From the NCBI GenBank assembly GCA_947501265.1, contig CANMVY010000002.1:226859-290858 (forward strand): a stretch of DNA of 64,000 nucleotides, written 5' to 3'. This DNA is from Bacteroidota bacterium (GTDB taxonomy: Bacteria > Bacteroidota > Bacteroidia > UBA7662 > CANHCV01). This document shows positions 37,521 to 47,157 of the stretch, one piece after another. A program made the translations under genes and the position numbers. The notes beneath the pieces were generated by a model that saw only the letters and a list, made by a program, of their open reading frames with translations, did no database searches and was not told the origin of the DNA. The first letter of the stretch is position 1; the number at the start of each line of letters is the position of its first letter.

Positions 37521-38144
37521 ATGGAAAGACCTTATATCATCGGTATTACAGGATGCAGTGCATCGGGAAAAACTTCCTTTGTGCACCGCTTAAGAGATAT
37601 TTTCTCAAAAAATGACCTTTCTGTAATTTCTCAAGACAATTATTACAAACCCTTGGATTTCCAGCCTCGGGATTCAGAAGGGCATCCGCATTTCGATTTG
37701 CCTGAAAGCATCGACATGGTTCGCTTCCAAAACGACTTGAATTCCATCAAATCTGGACAACAAGTTTCCTATTTGGAATACACATTCAACAATAAAGATG
37801 CTGAACCCAAAACCATTGTGGTTAACCCTTCTCCCATCATCATCATGGAAGGATTATTTATTTTTCATAATGAAGAAATCAGGAACAATCTCGACTTGAA
37901 AATTTACATCGACTCTACCGAGGAAGTGATGTGGGAACGAAGATTGAAAAGAGATCAAGCCGAACGAGGACTGGAAGCCGATTGGTTGGTGTACCAATGG
38001 AACAATCATGTATTACCCAGTTACAAAGAATTCTTAGAACCGTACAAATACGAAGCCGACCTAGTTATACACAACATCAAAAGCTACGACTTGTGCCTTC
38101 AAATGGTCATCGACCATCTCACAGCTCATCTAAAACGAGGATAA
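37521..38144 (+). CDS. udk: Uridine kinase
   Basis: IGITGCSASGKT, SQDNYYK, FDLPES, IIMEG, RRLKRD..ERG. Confidence 0.85.
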   Translation: MERPYIIGITGCSASGKTSFVHRLRDIFSKNDLSVISQDNYYKPLDFQPRDSEGHPHFDLPESIDMVRFQNDLNSIKSGQQVSYLEYTFNNKDAEPKTIVVNPSPIIIMEGLFIFHNEEIRNNLDLKIYIDSTEEVMWERRLKRDQAERGLEADWLVYQWNNHVLPSYKEFLEPYKYEADLVIHNIKSYDLCLQMVIDHLTAHLKRG

Positions 38145-39250
38145 TGGGATTCGATTGGTCGGCCATCACGGTATTGGAAATGGCCAACGTTCTTGCTGGG
38201 CCGTCCGTTGGTTCCTTTTTCGCCCAGCTCGGAGCTCGGGTTATCAAGGTAGAAAGTGCCAATGGCGATGTTACCCGAACTTGGAAATTAGCTACCGAAG
38301 ACCCGAATAACGATCGTCCAAGCTATTTTTCTTGGATCAATGCAGGGAAAGAATCAGTCATTTTTGATTATTCCTCTGATCAGGATAAATCCATTTTACA
38401 AAACATCATCGCCCAATCCGACTTAGTTATTTCGTCTTTCAAACCGGGCGATGAAACCAAATTCGGACTTTCTCCGCAAGACATTCAAGCTATTAATCCT
38501 AGGGCCATTGTCGCCAACATTTCCGCATACGGAAAAAACGATCCTCGAGTTGGATACGATGCGCTATTGCAGGCCGAAAGTGGATTCATGTACATCAACG
38601 GGAATTCTACTGCCGATTTTCACAAAATGCCCGTGGCTTTGATCGATGTTTTGGCAGGCCATCAACTGATCCAAAAAACACTGTTGGCGTTTTTAGATCG
38701 AACTACTCATTCCATGGGGAATACCGTAGAAGTTTCCCTTTGGGAGGTTGCCCTTCAATCCCTTACCAACCAAGCATCAGCATGGCTCAATGCAGGCTTC
38801 AACCCTCAACCCATGGGGTCGGAACACCCCAACATCGTTCCTTATGGTTCCATTTTCAGAGATTCGAAGCAACAACCTTTTGTTATTGCCATTGGTTCCG
38901 ATCATCAATTCCAACTTCTGTCTGGTATTCTTGGATTTGCACTTCCCGAGCATTGGATGAAAAACTCAAATCGGGTTAAAAACCGAGATGATATTAATGC
39001 TTTGCTTCAAAATGTCTTTGCTGAAAAAAGTAGAGAAGAATGGATCCAATTACTTCAATCTAAAAAATTGCCCATTGCACCAGTATTAACCGTTTCAGAG
39101 GCATTTACAGATCCAAAAGTTGCGGAATTCATTCGAAAATCGGGAGATTTTTTTCATTGGAGAGGTCCAATGCAGAAAGAAATTGCGTTGGCGGAACCTC
39201 CTAGATTAGGAGAGCATTCTGCACAAATTCGTCAGGAGTTTTCGTCCTGA
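38144..39250 (+). CDS. CaiB/BaiF family (class III) CoA-transferase
   Basis: VLAGP, LGARVIKVES..GD.TR, NAGKES, GYDALLQAESG, ALIDVLAG, PRLGEH; start at the TAATG overlap. Confidence 0.9.
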   Translation: MGFDWSAITVLEMANVLAGPSVGSFFAQLGARVIKVESANGDVTRTWKLATEDPNNDRPSYFSWINAGKESVIFDYSSDQDKSILQNIIAQSDLVISSFKPGDETKFGLSPQDIQAINPRAIVANISAYGKNDPRVGYDALLQAESGFMYINGNSTADFHKMPVALIDVLAGHQLIQKTLLAFLDRTTHSMGNTVEVSLWEVALQSLTNQASAWLNAGFNPQPMGSEHPNIVPYGSIFRDSKQQPFVIAIGSDHQFQLLSGILGFALPEHWMKNSNRVKNRDDINALLQNVFAEKSREEWIQLLQSKKLPIAPVLTVSEAFTDPKVAEFIRKSGDFFHWRGPMQKEIALAEPPRLGEHSAQIRQEFSS

Positions 39251-40623
39251 AATCCGCGTTCTGCTTTCCATAACTCATGAAAAGACATTTCAGCAAAGTG
39301 AATGGGGTTCCGTCGATTTCCCCAAACGGATTTGGCGAGGTGGCGAAAAACGAAATTTTTCACCGAGGCAGATCCTTGATTCATCCATGAGCGATTCAAC
39401 ATGGCTTTCTTCCAAATTTTCCAAGTAAGCCGTTCCGTTGAAGTTGAAAACTGATTTTCAACGTATTCTTTCCGATTGGTCAGTAAAATTTTGTGCAATT
39501 CGATGTTCACAGGGCAAACTTCCGTGCAGTTTCCGCACAAAGAAGAGGCGTAACTGAGGTGACCTGCTTCTTTCATTCCGTTCAGGTGCGGAGAGATAAC
39601 GGCACCAATGGGTCCAGCATAGGTGGTGCCATAGGTGTGACCACCGATGTTTTTGTAAACAGGACAGGCATTGAGACATGCACCACATCGAATGCAATAC
39701 AAAGATTGACGGGCTTCGGGTTTTGCTAAGATTTCCGTTCGACCATTATCGAGAAGAATGACGTACATTTCCTCAGGGCCGTCGGACTCTTTGCTTTGTT
39801 TCGGGCCAAAAACGAGCGAATTGTATACGGTAACAAATTGGCCTGTTCCATGAATGCCGAGCATTGGCCAAAACAGATTCAAATCGTTCATGGAGGGAAT
39901 GATTTTCTCAATTCCCGCAATGGCAATGTGCACTTTAGGATATCCGAACGACAAACGGCCATTGCCTTCATTTTCGGTCATGGCCATGCCACCTTCTTTA
40001 GCCAATAGAAAATTCACTCCTGTAATTCCTATGGCCGACTCCAAGTATTTATCGCGCAGAATTTTGCGTGCGAATGCCGCAATTTCTTGTGGTGTCGAAT
40101 TGATAGGAAGTCCAAATTTTTCATGAAACGTAAGCGCAATATCTTCTTTGGAAAGATGCATGGCCGGGGTAACGATGTGGTAGGGGGCTTCGTTTCTAAG
40201 TTGAACGATGAACTCTCCCAAATCGGTTTCAAGAACATCAATTCCATGGTCTTTCATGGCTTTATTGAGGTGAATTTCCTCGGTGACCATGGATTTGGAT
40301 TTTACAGCCTGTGAAGCTTGATGCTTTTGGAAAATTTTTAAAATTTCCGTGTTTGCTTCATCAGCATTTCTTGCCCAAATAACTTTTCCTCCACGAGCGG
40401 TAAAATTCCGTTCAAACTCAAGCAAATAGGCTTCAAGATTTTCGATGGATTTCCACTTGATGTAATTGGTTTTCTTGCGTAAATACGGCAAATCTTTGAT
40501 GAGGGCTTTCCCAATATCTACCGAATAATCGTATTTCCCAATGTTGAATTGGATTTTCCTTCGGTGTTCAGAATCGAAGGCTTTCCCATCCGATTCTTTT
40601 AAAAATTGAGAAACAACACTCAT
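39232..40623 (-). CDS. lutB: LutB/LldF family L-lactate oxidation Fe-S protein
   Basis: KSKSMVTEE, ETDLGE, HIVTPA, NEGN, CIRCGACLNACP, LCGNCTEVCP. Confidence 0.9.
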   Translation of the reverse strand: MSVVSQFLKESDGKAFDSEHRRKIQFNIGKYDYSVDIGKALIKDLPYLRKKTNYIKWKSIENLEAYLLEFERNFTARGGKVIWARNADEANTEILKIFQKHQASQAVKSKSMVTEEIHLNKAMKDHGIDVLETDLGEFIVQLRNEAPYHIVTPAMHLSKEDIALTFHEKFGLPINSTPQEIAAFARKILRDKYLESAIGITGVNFLLAKEGGMAMTENEGNGRLSFGYPKVHIAIAGIEKIIPSMNDLNLFWPMLGIHGTGQFVTVYNSLVFGPKQSKESDGPEEMYVILLDNGRTEILAKPEARQSLYCIRCGACLNACPVYKNIGGHTYGTTYAGPIGAVISPHLNGMKEAGHLSYASSLCGNCTEVCPVNIELHKILLTNRKEYVENQFSTSTERLTWKIWKKAMLNRSWMNQGSASVKNFVFRHLAKSVWGNRRNPIHFAEMSFHELWKAERGFQDENS

Positions 40624-42285
40624 TTATTTCTTGGTTTTTCGAGGTAAATCTTCGGAACGAGAAATGAGTTCGTATGCCGTTTCGTAAACCAAACGACACG
40701 CTTTTAGGTAAGAATCTAATTCAATTTTTTCAACCGAATCGGTTGGCTGGTGGTAATCTTCGTGAACTCCTTTGAAGTAAAAAATAACAGGAATCCCTTT
40801 TTCAGCAAAATTATAATGATCGCTTCGGTAGTAATACCTGTTCGGATCTTTTTCATCGTTGTAGGTATAATCCAGTTTTAGCTGGCAGCATCGATTGTTC
40901 ACTTGTTCTGAAATTTCGTGCAATCGTTGGCTAATTCGGTCTGATCCGATCAAATACAAATAATCGGTATTTCCTTGGTGAATCTGATCGTTCCTCCCGA
41001 TCATGTCAACATTCAAGTTGCAAATGATGTTTTCCTTTTTGATGGTAGGAACGTTGGAAAAAACCTCAGACCCTAAAAGTCCGCTTTCCTCCCCAGTAAA
41101 CCAAACGAATAGAATTCCATTTTGAAACGGGAAATTGGCCTTCTTTAACTCAATCATATTTTTGGCCATCATCAAAATGGCAGAAGATCCTGAGCCATCA
41201 TCGTCGGCCCCAGGATAAACTTTTCCTTCGTGGATGCCCAAATGATCCAAATGAGCAGAAACCACCACAGACTTTCCACTTTCACCGGGAATATATCCCA
41301 CCACATTTGGTTCTTCAATTTTCTCAAGATTCTTTTGAACGGAAAGAGAAACATTCATCAAAACCCCTTGATTTGCCATTGTTTTCAAGGATTGACGTGC
41401 TTTGATCATTTTTTTCCAACCAAGGGTTGGAAAAATTTCCATGGCCGAATTTTCCATGATGTAAAAAACCGGCGGACGCGTGGTTGCTTTGGGAGCTGGC
41501 TTGGGCTGTTGAGCGGGATCGGCCAACACCATTTCTTGAACTGGCATTAACTTTTCTTCCGGGGCAACATCAAAACGTTGACCTTTCAAAACATCCAAAT
41601 AGGTGGTATCAAGCTGAATACGAGGCTCTTTCCATCGATTGAGTTGAGATTGAATGGTTGCTTGGTTTTGGGTAACCACCAAAATACAAACTGCTCCTTT
41701 TTTGGATAGATTCTCAATTTTGGTTTGTAATCGTCCCCATTTACTCGCTTGCTTGCTTCCACTCAACAAATAATTTCCATTTTTTTGTTGAGGCTCCCCA
41801 TCCCAAATGATCACGCCCTTACCACGAACATCCGTTTTCGCTTCAAAGTCGGTGTATTTCGCATCTTCAATTCCATATCCAAGGAAAACCCATTCATCAA
41901 CGGTAAGTTGACTCATCCCATTCGTACGGTATGGAACAAATTGTTCTCCCAACATCACCGCTTTGGTAGAAGATGCAATGTTTGCACTTTTGATGGACTC
42001 CTTCCACATGGGAACCATTTGAAAAAATCCGGGTTCTTTTACCAAGGTGTTTGGGTTTGGATTCAATTCTTGAAAACCCCATTCCCTTAAATTTTGGGCA
42101 ATGTAATCGGCGGCCATGCGGTAACCGGGTTGGCCTACGCCTCTTCCTTGAAACGAAGGGCCGCCAATGGTTTGAATCATTTGTTCCAATTCTTCCCGAT
42201 TAAAAAACTTTAATCCTTCTTGCGGAACTTGGGAAAACAAAGAAGCGCTTAAAAACGCAAAAAATAGGAATAAAGACTTTCTCAT
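40624..42285 (-). CDS. M28 family metallopeptidase with PA-type insert
   Basis: Signal peptide ending LFS|Q; SAHLDHLG, GADDDGSG, GEESGLLGS, DMIGR, RSDH, DYHQPTD. Confidence 0.9.
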   Translation of the reverse strand: MRKSLFLFFAFLSASLFSQVPQEGLKFFNREELEQMIQTIGGPSFQGRGVGQPGYRMAADYIAQNLREWGFQELNPNPNTLVKEPGFFQMVPMWKESIKSANIASSTKAVMLGEQFVPYRTNGMSQLTVDEWVFLGYGIEDAKYTDFEAKTDVRGKGVIIWDGEPQQKNGNYLLSGSKQASKWGRLQTKIENLSKKGAVCILVVTQNQATIQSQLNRWKEPRIQLDTTYLDVLKGQRFDVAPEEKLMPVQEMVLADPAQQPKPAPKATTRPPVFYIMENSAMEIFPTLGWKKMIKARQSLKTMANQGVLMNVSLSVQKNLEKIEEPNVVGYIPGESGKSVVVSAHLDHLGIHEGKVYPGADDDGSGSSAILMMAKNMIELKKANFPFQNGILFVWFTGEESGLLGSEVFSNVPTIKKENIICNLNVDMIGRNDQIHQGNTDYLYLIGSDRISQRLHEISEQVNNRCCQLKLDYTYNDEKDPNRYYYRSDHYNFAEKGIPVIFYFKGVHEDYHQPTDSVEKIELDSYLKACRLVYETAYELISRSEDLPRKTKK

Positions 42286-42286
42286 G

Positions 42287-42712
42287 TTAGCAACATTCAA
42301 TGGATGATACTCGGGTTTGATGGCGACCGCCTTCAAACGGTTCAGAAACGAAAATTTGAATCATTTCGATGGCTTGTTCAAGGGAGATGAATCGGGCAGG
42401 AAGACACATGACATTGGCATCGTTGTGTTGCCTGCACAAACGGGCAATTTCGGGTTGCCAACAAAGGGCAGCACGCACCTGGGCATGTCGATTGGCCGTG
42501 ATGCTCACTCCTACTCCACTTCCACAAATCAAAATCCCACGGTCGGCTTTTTTGTGCTCAATCATTTCAGCTAAACGATGAGCATAATCGGCGTAATTCA
42601 CAGAATCGGTTGATTCCGGACCTAAATCCTGGAATTCTAATTGAGGAAATTGGCGAATGACTTCTTGTTTCAACTCAAATCCTGCATGGTCGGAAGCGAT
42701 GATCCATTTCAT
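42287..42712 (-). CDS. rpiB: Ribose-5-phosphate isomerase B
   Basis: ASDHAG, ICGSGVG, HNDAN, FEGGRH. Confidence 0.95.
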   Translation of the reverse strand: MKWIIASDHAGFELKQEVIRQFPQLEFQDLGPESTDSVNYADYAHRLAEMIEHKKADRGILICGSGVGVSITANRHAQVRAALCWQPEIARLCRQHNDANVMCLPARFISLEQAIEMIQIFVSEPFEGGRHQTRVSSIECC

Positions 42713-43536
42713 TTATCTAAGGTTTTTTCGGCACGTCGAACAACAAAAATACTAATTTCATACAATCCCCAAAGAGGGATCATCATAAGAACCAAGGAAA
42801 TTACATCGTAAGTGATTGCCGCTGCAATAACGCTGATCACCACCACCGAATGTTTGCGGTATTTCCGAAGAAACTCCGAAGTTAAAATACTCACTTTGGC
42901 TAGGAAAAAACACAAAACCGGAAACTGAAATACCAATCCTGTGGCCAAGGTTAACATGGTTAAAATGGAAATGTAACTATCGATGTTGAAATAGTTTTCA
43001 ATTTGAGGTGAGAGTTTAAAATTGGCGAAAAAAGCGATGGAAAACGGTGCAATCAAAAAATAGCCGAATAAAACGCCCGTAAAAAACAAGCCCGTAATAA
43101 TAAAGGTCATCCCGCGAACGGATTGAACTTCTTTTTGCTTCAACGCCGGTTTAACAAACGTCCACAACTGGTAAATAACAAACGGAAATGCCACAATTGC
43201 GCCAGCGATTAAACTGCCCGACATGTACCTCATGAATTGGGCATCCATATCGGTAGCAATGAGTTTGAATTCTTTCATTTCAAAACACAAGGCACCCAAT
43301 GTAGGGTATTTCTGAGCCAACTCACACAACCAACGGTAGGTTAAGAAATCAGAATGGGTTGGGCCAAAAATGATGGTATCAAAAATGAACTCCTGGTTCA
43401 ATAAGGCAATCAGAAATCCAATACCAATGGCAATAACTGATCTAAAAATGTACTTGCGAAGTTCATCGAGATGTTCTAAAAAGGACATTTCTTTTGGAGA
43501 TTCTTCTCCTTCCTTAAATTGGTCGGTATAGGCCAT
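42709..43536 (-). CDS. tatC: Twin-arginine translocase subunit TatC
   Basis: MSFLEHLDELR, YQLWTFVKPAL, FQFP, YRKH, LYEISI. Confidence 0.94.
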   Translation of the reverse strand: MAYTDQFKEGEESPKEMSFLEHLDELRKYIFRSVIAIGIGFLIALLNQEFIFDTIIFGPTHSDFLTYRWLCELAQKYPTLGALCFEMKEFKLIATDMDAQFMRYMSGSLIAGAIVAFPFVIYQLWTFVKPALKQKEVQSVRGMTFIITGLFFTGVLFGYFLIAPFSIAFFANFKLSPQIENYFNIDSYISILTMLTLATGLVFQFPVLCFFLAKVSILTSEFLRKYRKHSVVVISVIAAAITYDVISLVLMMIPLWGLYEISIFVVRRAEKTLDK

Positions 43537-43544
43537 GAATGCGA

Positions 43545-46130
43545 TTATTCCCCGGTTTCAGTTTTTGATTTTTTTGACGATTTCTTTTTATTTTCCAAAA
43601 CAATTTCGCCATCAGAATTTTTAGAAACGGTAATTTTATCGCCCAAATGAAGTTCACCAGACAAGATTTTTTCCGCTAATTTATCTTCGATAACCTTTTG
43701 AATGACGCGTTGCAATGGGCGTGCTCCAAAATCTGGGCTATACCCTTTCTCGGCAAGCAAGTCTTTGGCTTCATCCGTTAACTCAACCTCATATCCCAAC
43801 GTTTCGATGCGACGAATAACGTCTTTCAAGGAAACATCGATGATTTTGTGAATGTCTTCACGAGTAAGTTGATTGAATACGATTACATCATCAATACGGT
43901 TCAAAAATTCAGGTGCGAATGCACGTTTTAATGCTTTTTCAATCACCCCACGAGATTCTACATCCTCGGTTTCCTTTTTGGTGGTAGTTGTAAAACCAAC
44001 ACCCGTTCCAAAATCCTTCAATTGACGAGAACCAATGTTGGAAGTCATGATGATGATGGTATTCTTGAAATCCACTTTTCTACCCAATCCATCGGTCAAT
44101 TGTCCATCATCCAAAACCTGCAACAAAACATTGAAGATATCGGGGTGAGCTTTTTCAATTTCATCCAAAAGAATAACGGAATACGGTTTTCTACGAACCT
44201 TTTCGGTCAATTGGCCGCCTTCTTCGTACCCAACGTATCCGGGGGGAGCTCCTACCAAACGAGAAACCGAAAACTTCTCCATGTATTCACTCATGTCGAT
44301 TCGAATCAAGGAATCTTCGGAATCGAAAAGGAAGCGAGCTAATTCTTTGGCCAACTGAGTTTTACCTACTCCGGTTGGACCTAAAAACACGAAGGAGCCA
44401 ATGGGCTTTTTAGGATCTTTTAGTCCAACGCGAGTTCGTTGAATGGCTTTGGAAACAGCTTCAATGGCCTTATCTTGACCGATTACCTTGCTTTTTAAGG
44501 TATCCTTCATTTTCGCCAATTTATCAGTCTCGCTTTGAGCGATTTTTGTAACTGGAATTCCCGACATCATGGCAACTACTTGGGCAACGTCCTCATCGGA
44601 AACGGTATATCGTTTGGCTTTGGCTTCGGTTTCCCACGCGTTTTTTGCGACTGCTAATTCGTTCTCAACCAGTTTTTCTTTGTCGCGCAATTGGGCTGCT
44701 TGCTCGTATTTCGATGCCTCAATCACTTTTCTTTTTTCTACTTTGATCTCTTCAATTTGGTTTTCCAAATCTAAAATCGCGGTAGGGACTTGAATGTTGG
44801 AAAGGTGTACTCGGGCACCGGCTTCGTCCAATGCATCGATGGCTTTATCTGGCAAAAAGCGATCGGTAATGTATCTTTCCGTAAGGGTAACGCAAGCGGC
44901 GATCGCTTCTTCGGTGTATTTAACACGGTGATGATCCTCGTATTTTTCACGGATGTTTCCAATGATTTGGATGGTTTCTTCCGGAGTTGGAGGATCCACC
45001 AGAACTTTTTGGAAACGACGATCCAAGGCGCCATCTTTCTCGATGTACTGACGGTATTCGTTCAACGTTGTAGCGCCAATGCATTGAATTTCTCCTCGTG
45101 CCAAGGCGGGCTTAAACATGTTCGAAGCATCCAAGCTTCCGCTTGCTCCACCAGCACCAACGATGGTATGAATTTCGTCGATAAAAAGAATGATATCGGA
45201 ATTTTTCTCCAACTCTCCCATCACCGCTTTCATGCGCTCCTCGAACTGTCCACGGTATTTGGTACCCGCAACGAGAGATGACAAATCCAACGTAATGATT
45301 CGCTTGTTGAACAGAATACGAGAGACCTTTTTTTGCAGAATTCGAAGGGCTAAACCTTCGGCAATGGCCGTTTTTCCAACTCCTGGCTCACCAATAAGGA
45401 TGGGATTATTTTTTTTGCGACGAGATAGAATCTGAGAAACGCGTTCGATTTCCTTTTCCCGACCAATGATGGGGTCCAGCTTGCCTTCATCTGCTAATTT
45501 GGACAAATCCCTTCCGAAATTATCCAATACCGGAGTTTTGGATTTGCTGTTGTTTTGTTTTTTGTTGGAATCCGTCCCTTTTGGTTCGTCATCGTCGAAA
45601 GAATCGTCATTTCCAAATGGATTGGCTTCATTGGAAGGTTCGTTTCTGGAAAAGAAATTATCGGAAGAACTGGGTTTATTGGAATTTCCGCCTTCTCCCA
45701 TTTGCTCCATTTTCATCTTAACATTGGAATAATTCACACCGAAACGATTGAGGATTCGAGATGCGAGGCAATCTTCTTCTCGAAGGATTGAAAGCAATAA
45801 ATGAATGGTCCCAATGGTATCACTTTTGAAAATTTTTGCCTCTAAATAGGTGATTTTCAAAATCTTCTCGGCTTGCTTGGTCATGGGAATTTGCTCAATG
45901 GCATTAACTTTTGCAATTTTACCGGAATTCACGGCGTTCTCCATTTGATTTTGGAGCTGATCAATTTCTACATCAAGGGATTTAAGCACTCGAATAGCTT
46001 GACCGTCGCCTTCCCGAATCATTCCCAAAAGGAAGTGTTCCGCACCGATATGATCATGGCCCAAACGTATGGCCTCTTCTCGACTTAAATTAATGACATC
46101 TTTGACTCTAGGAGAAAATTTCGCATCCAT
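43545..46130 (-). CDS. clpC: ATP-dependent Clp protease ATP-binding subunit ClpC
   Basis: Clp-N repeats; two AAA modules (GEPGVGKT, GPTGVGKT); UVR coiled coil; VGF ClpP-binding loop. Confidence 0.96.
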   Translation of the reverse strand: MDAKFSPRVKDVINLSREEAIRLGHDHIGAEHFLLGMIREGDGQAIRVLKSLDVEIDQLQNQMENAVNSGKIAKVNAIEQIPMTKQAEKILKITYLEAKIFKSDTIGTIHLLLSILREEDCLASRILNRFGVNYSNVKMKMEQMGEGGNSNKPSSSDNFFSRNEPSNEANPFGNDDSFDDDEPKGTDSNKKQNNSKSKTPVLDNFGRDLSKLADEGKLDPIIGREKEIERVSQILSRRKKNNPILIGEPGVGKTAIAEGLALRILQKKVSRILFNKRIITLDLSSLVAGTKYRGQFEERMKAVMGELEKNSDIILFIDEIHTIVGAGGASGSLDASNMFKPALARGEIQCIGATTLNEYRQYIEKDGALDRRFQKVLVDPPTPEETIQIIGNIREKYEDHHRVKYTEEAIAACVTLTERYITDRFLPDKAIDALDEAGARVHLSNIQVPTAILDLENQIEEIKVEKRKVIEASKYEQAAQLRDKEKLVENELAVAKNAWETEAKAKRYTVSDEDVAQVVAMMSGIPVTKIAQSETDKLAKMKDTLKSKVIGQDKAIEAVSKAIQRTRVGLKDPKKPIGSFVFLGPTGVGKTQLAKELARFLFDSEDSLIRIDMSEYMEKFSVSRLVGAPPGYVGYEEGGQLTEKVRRKPYSVILLDEIEKAHPDIFNVLLQVLDDGQLTDGLGRKVDFKNTIIIMTSNIGSRQLKDFGTGVGFTTTTKKETEDVESRGVIEKALKRAFAPEFLNRIDDVIVFNQLTREDIHKIIDVSLKDVIRRIETLGYEVELTDEAKDLLAEKGYSPDFGARPLQRVIQKVIEDKLAEKILSGELHLGDKITVSKNSDGEIVLENKKKSSKKSKTETGE

Positions 46131-46251
46131 GGAATTACCATTTTAATAGCTTCAAAGGTAAGATTTTCTGCAAGAAAATGTAGAACCAATCCTGCACAAC
46201 TTATCAGACAATCGGCAATAATTATTCACATTTCTCTGCAAAGATTTGGGA

Positions 46252-47157
46252 TCATTTTCTCAGGAAATCAACATCGATAACCCGGCGAGGCTTCCAACCC
46301 AATTCCAGGGTAGCTTTTCGGGAATCGAATGTTAAATCCAAGGTCATTTTTTTGTACCGATGGGAATCCATCGGAAACTTCGGAAGGACATCACCACACA
46401 AAGCCAACAAACGAGCTACAAAAGTTGGAATAACGAGAGCATTTGGTTTATTCAACTGCTTCCGAAGGTGCATTTCGATTTCAAAAAAAGAAGGATGATG
46501 TTGGTCGGTAAGATTAAAAATTCCCGATTCTTGCCCATGAAGTTGCAGGCAAAATTGAGCCACATCCTCGGCCAAAACCATCGATTTTCGGGCTGAACCT
46601 TTACCAAGGCGAGGATACCGATTCTTGGTAATTGCCGCGATCATTTCACCCAAGTTCCCGGGCGGATTTGCTCCGGCCAACAACGGAATTCGGAAAATAA
46701 TGACCGGTACTCCATGTTCTTTACCCCAAAGCGTCACCAATTCTTCCGCTTCTATTTTCGATTTACCGTAAGGTTCTTCAGACAAAAGCGGATCACTCTC
46801 GGAAATGTTGTTCCCATTCCACAACCCGTAAACCGATACTGTGCTGATGAAAACAAATTGTTTCACTTTCACGCCCTGTAAACCTTCCAAAAAATGCTTC
46901 AAGCCGGAAACATTCACATCAAAAAAATCTTGTTTTTCCGCTTCCGTTTTGGGCACAAGATGCGCTTTTCCAGCGGCAAATATCACTTTTTCAAACTCCT
47001 CCTTTGGAATTTGTGGCACTTCCCTTTTCAAATCGCAAACCACCTGATTGGCCGAAGAACGACCTACGCTCATCATAGAAAAACCAAATTCTTCACAAGC
47101 TTTCAAAAGGTATTTTCCTAAAAATCCGGAAGACCCGGTTAACAGCACTTTTCTCAT
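46252..47157 (-). CDS. NAD-dependent epimerase/dehydratase (polysaccharide biosynthesis)
   Basis: TGSSGFLG, ISTVSVYG, YGKSK; ATGA overlap with the upstream GT4 gene. Confidence 0.88.
   Translation of the reverse strand: MRKVLLTGSSGFLGKYLLKACEEFGFSMMSVGRSSANQVVCDLKREVPQIPKEEFEKVIFAAGKAHLVPKTEAEKQDFFDVNVSGLKHFLEGLQGVKVKQFVFISTVSVYGLWNGNNISESDPLLSEEPYGKSKIEAEELVTLWGKEHGVPVIIFRIPLLAGANPPGNLGEMIAAITKNRYPRLGKGSARKSMVLAEDVAQFCLQLHGQESGIFNLTDQHHPSFFEIEMHLRKQLNKPNALVIPTFVARLLALCGDVLPKFPMDSHRYKKMTLDLTFDSRKATLELGWKPRRVIDVDFLRK

Noticed and set aside
37931-38143. Long N-terminal extension of the CoA-transferase (similar extensions on sixA, the GT4s, M28, yraN)
   Set aside because: They overlap neighbouring genes; downstream starts match family N-termini, stop/start overlaps or promoter positions
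46131-46251. Replication origin suggested by DnaA-box-like TTATTCACA
   Set aside because: Too few boxes, short spacer, no origin-linked genes
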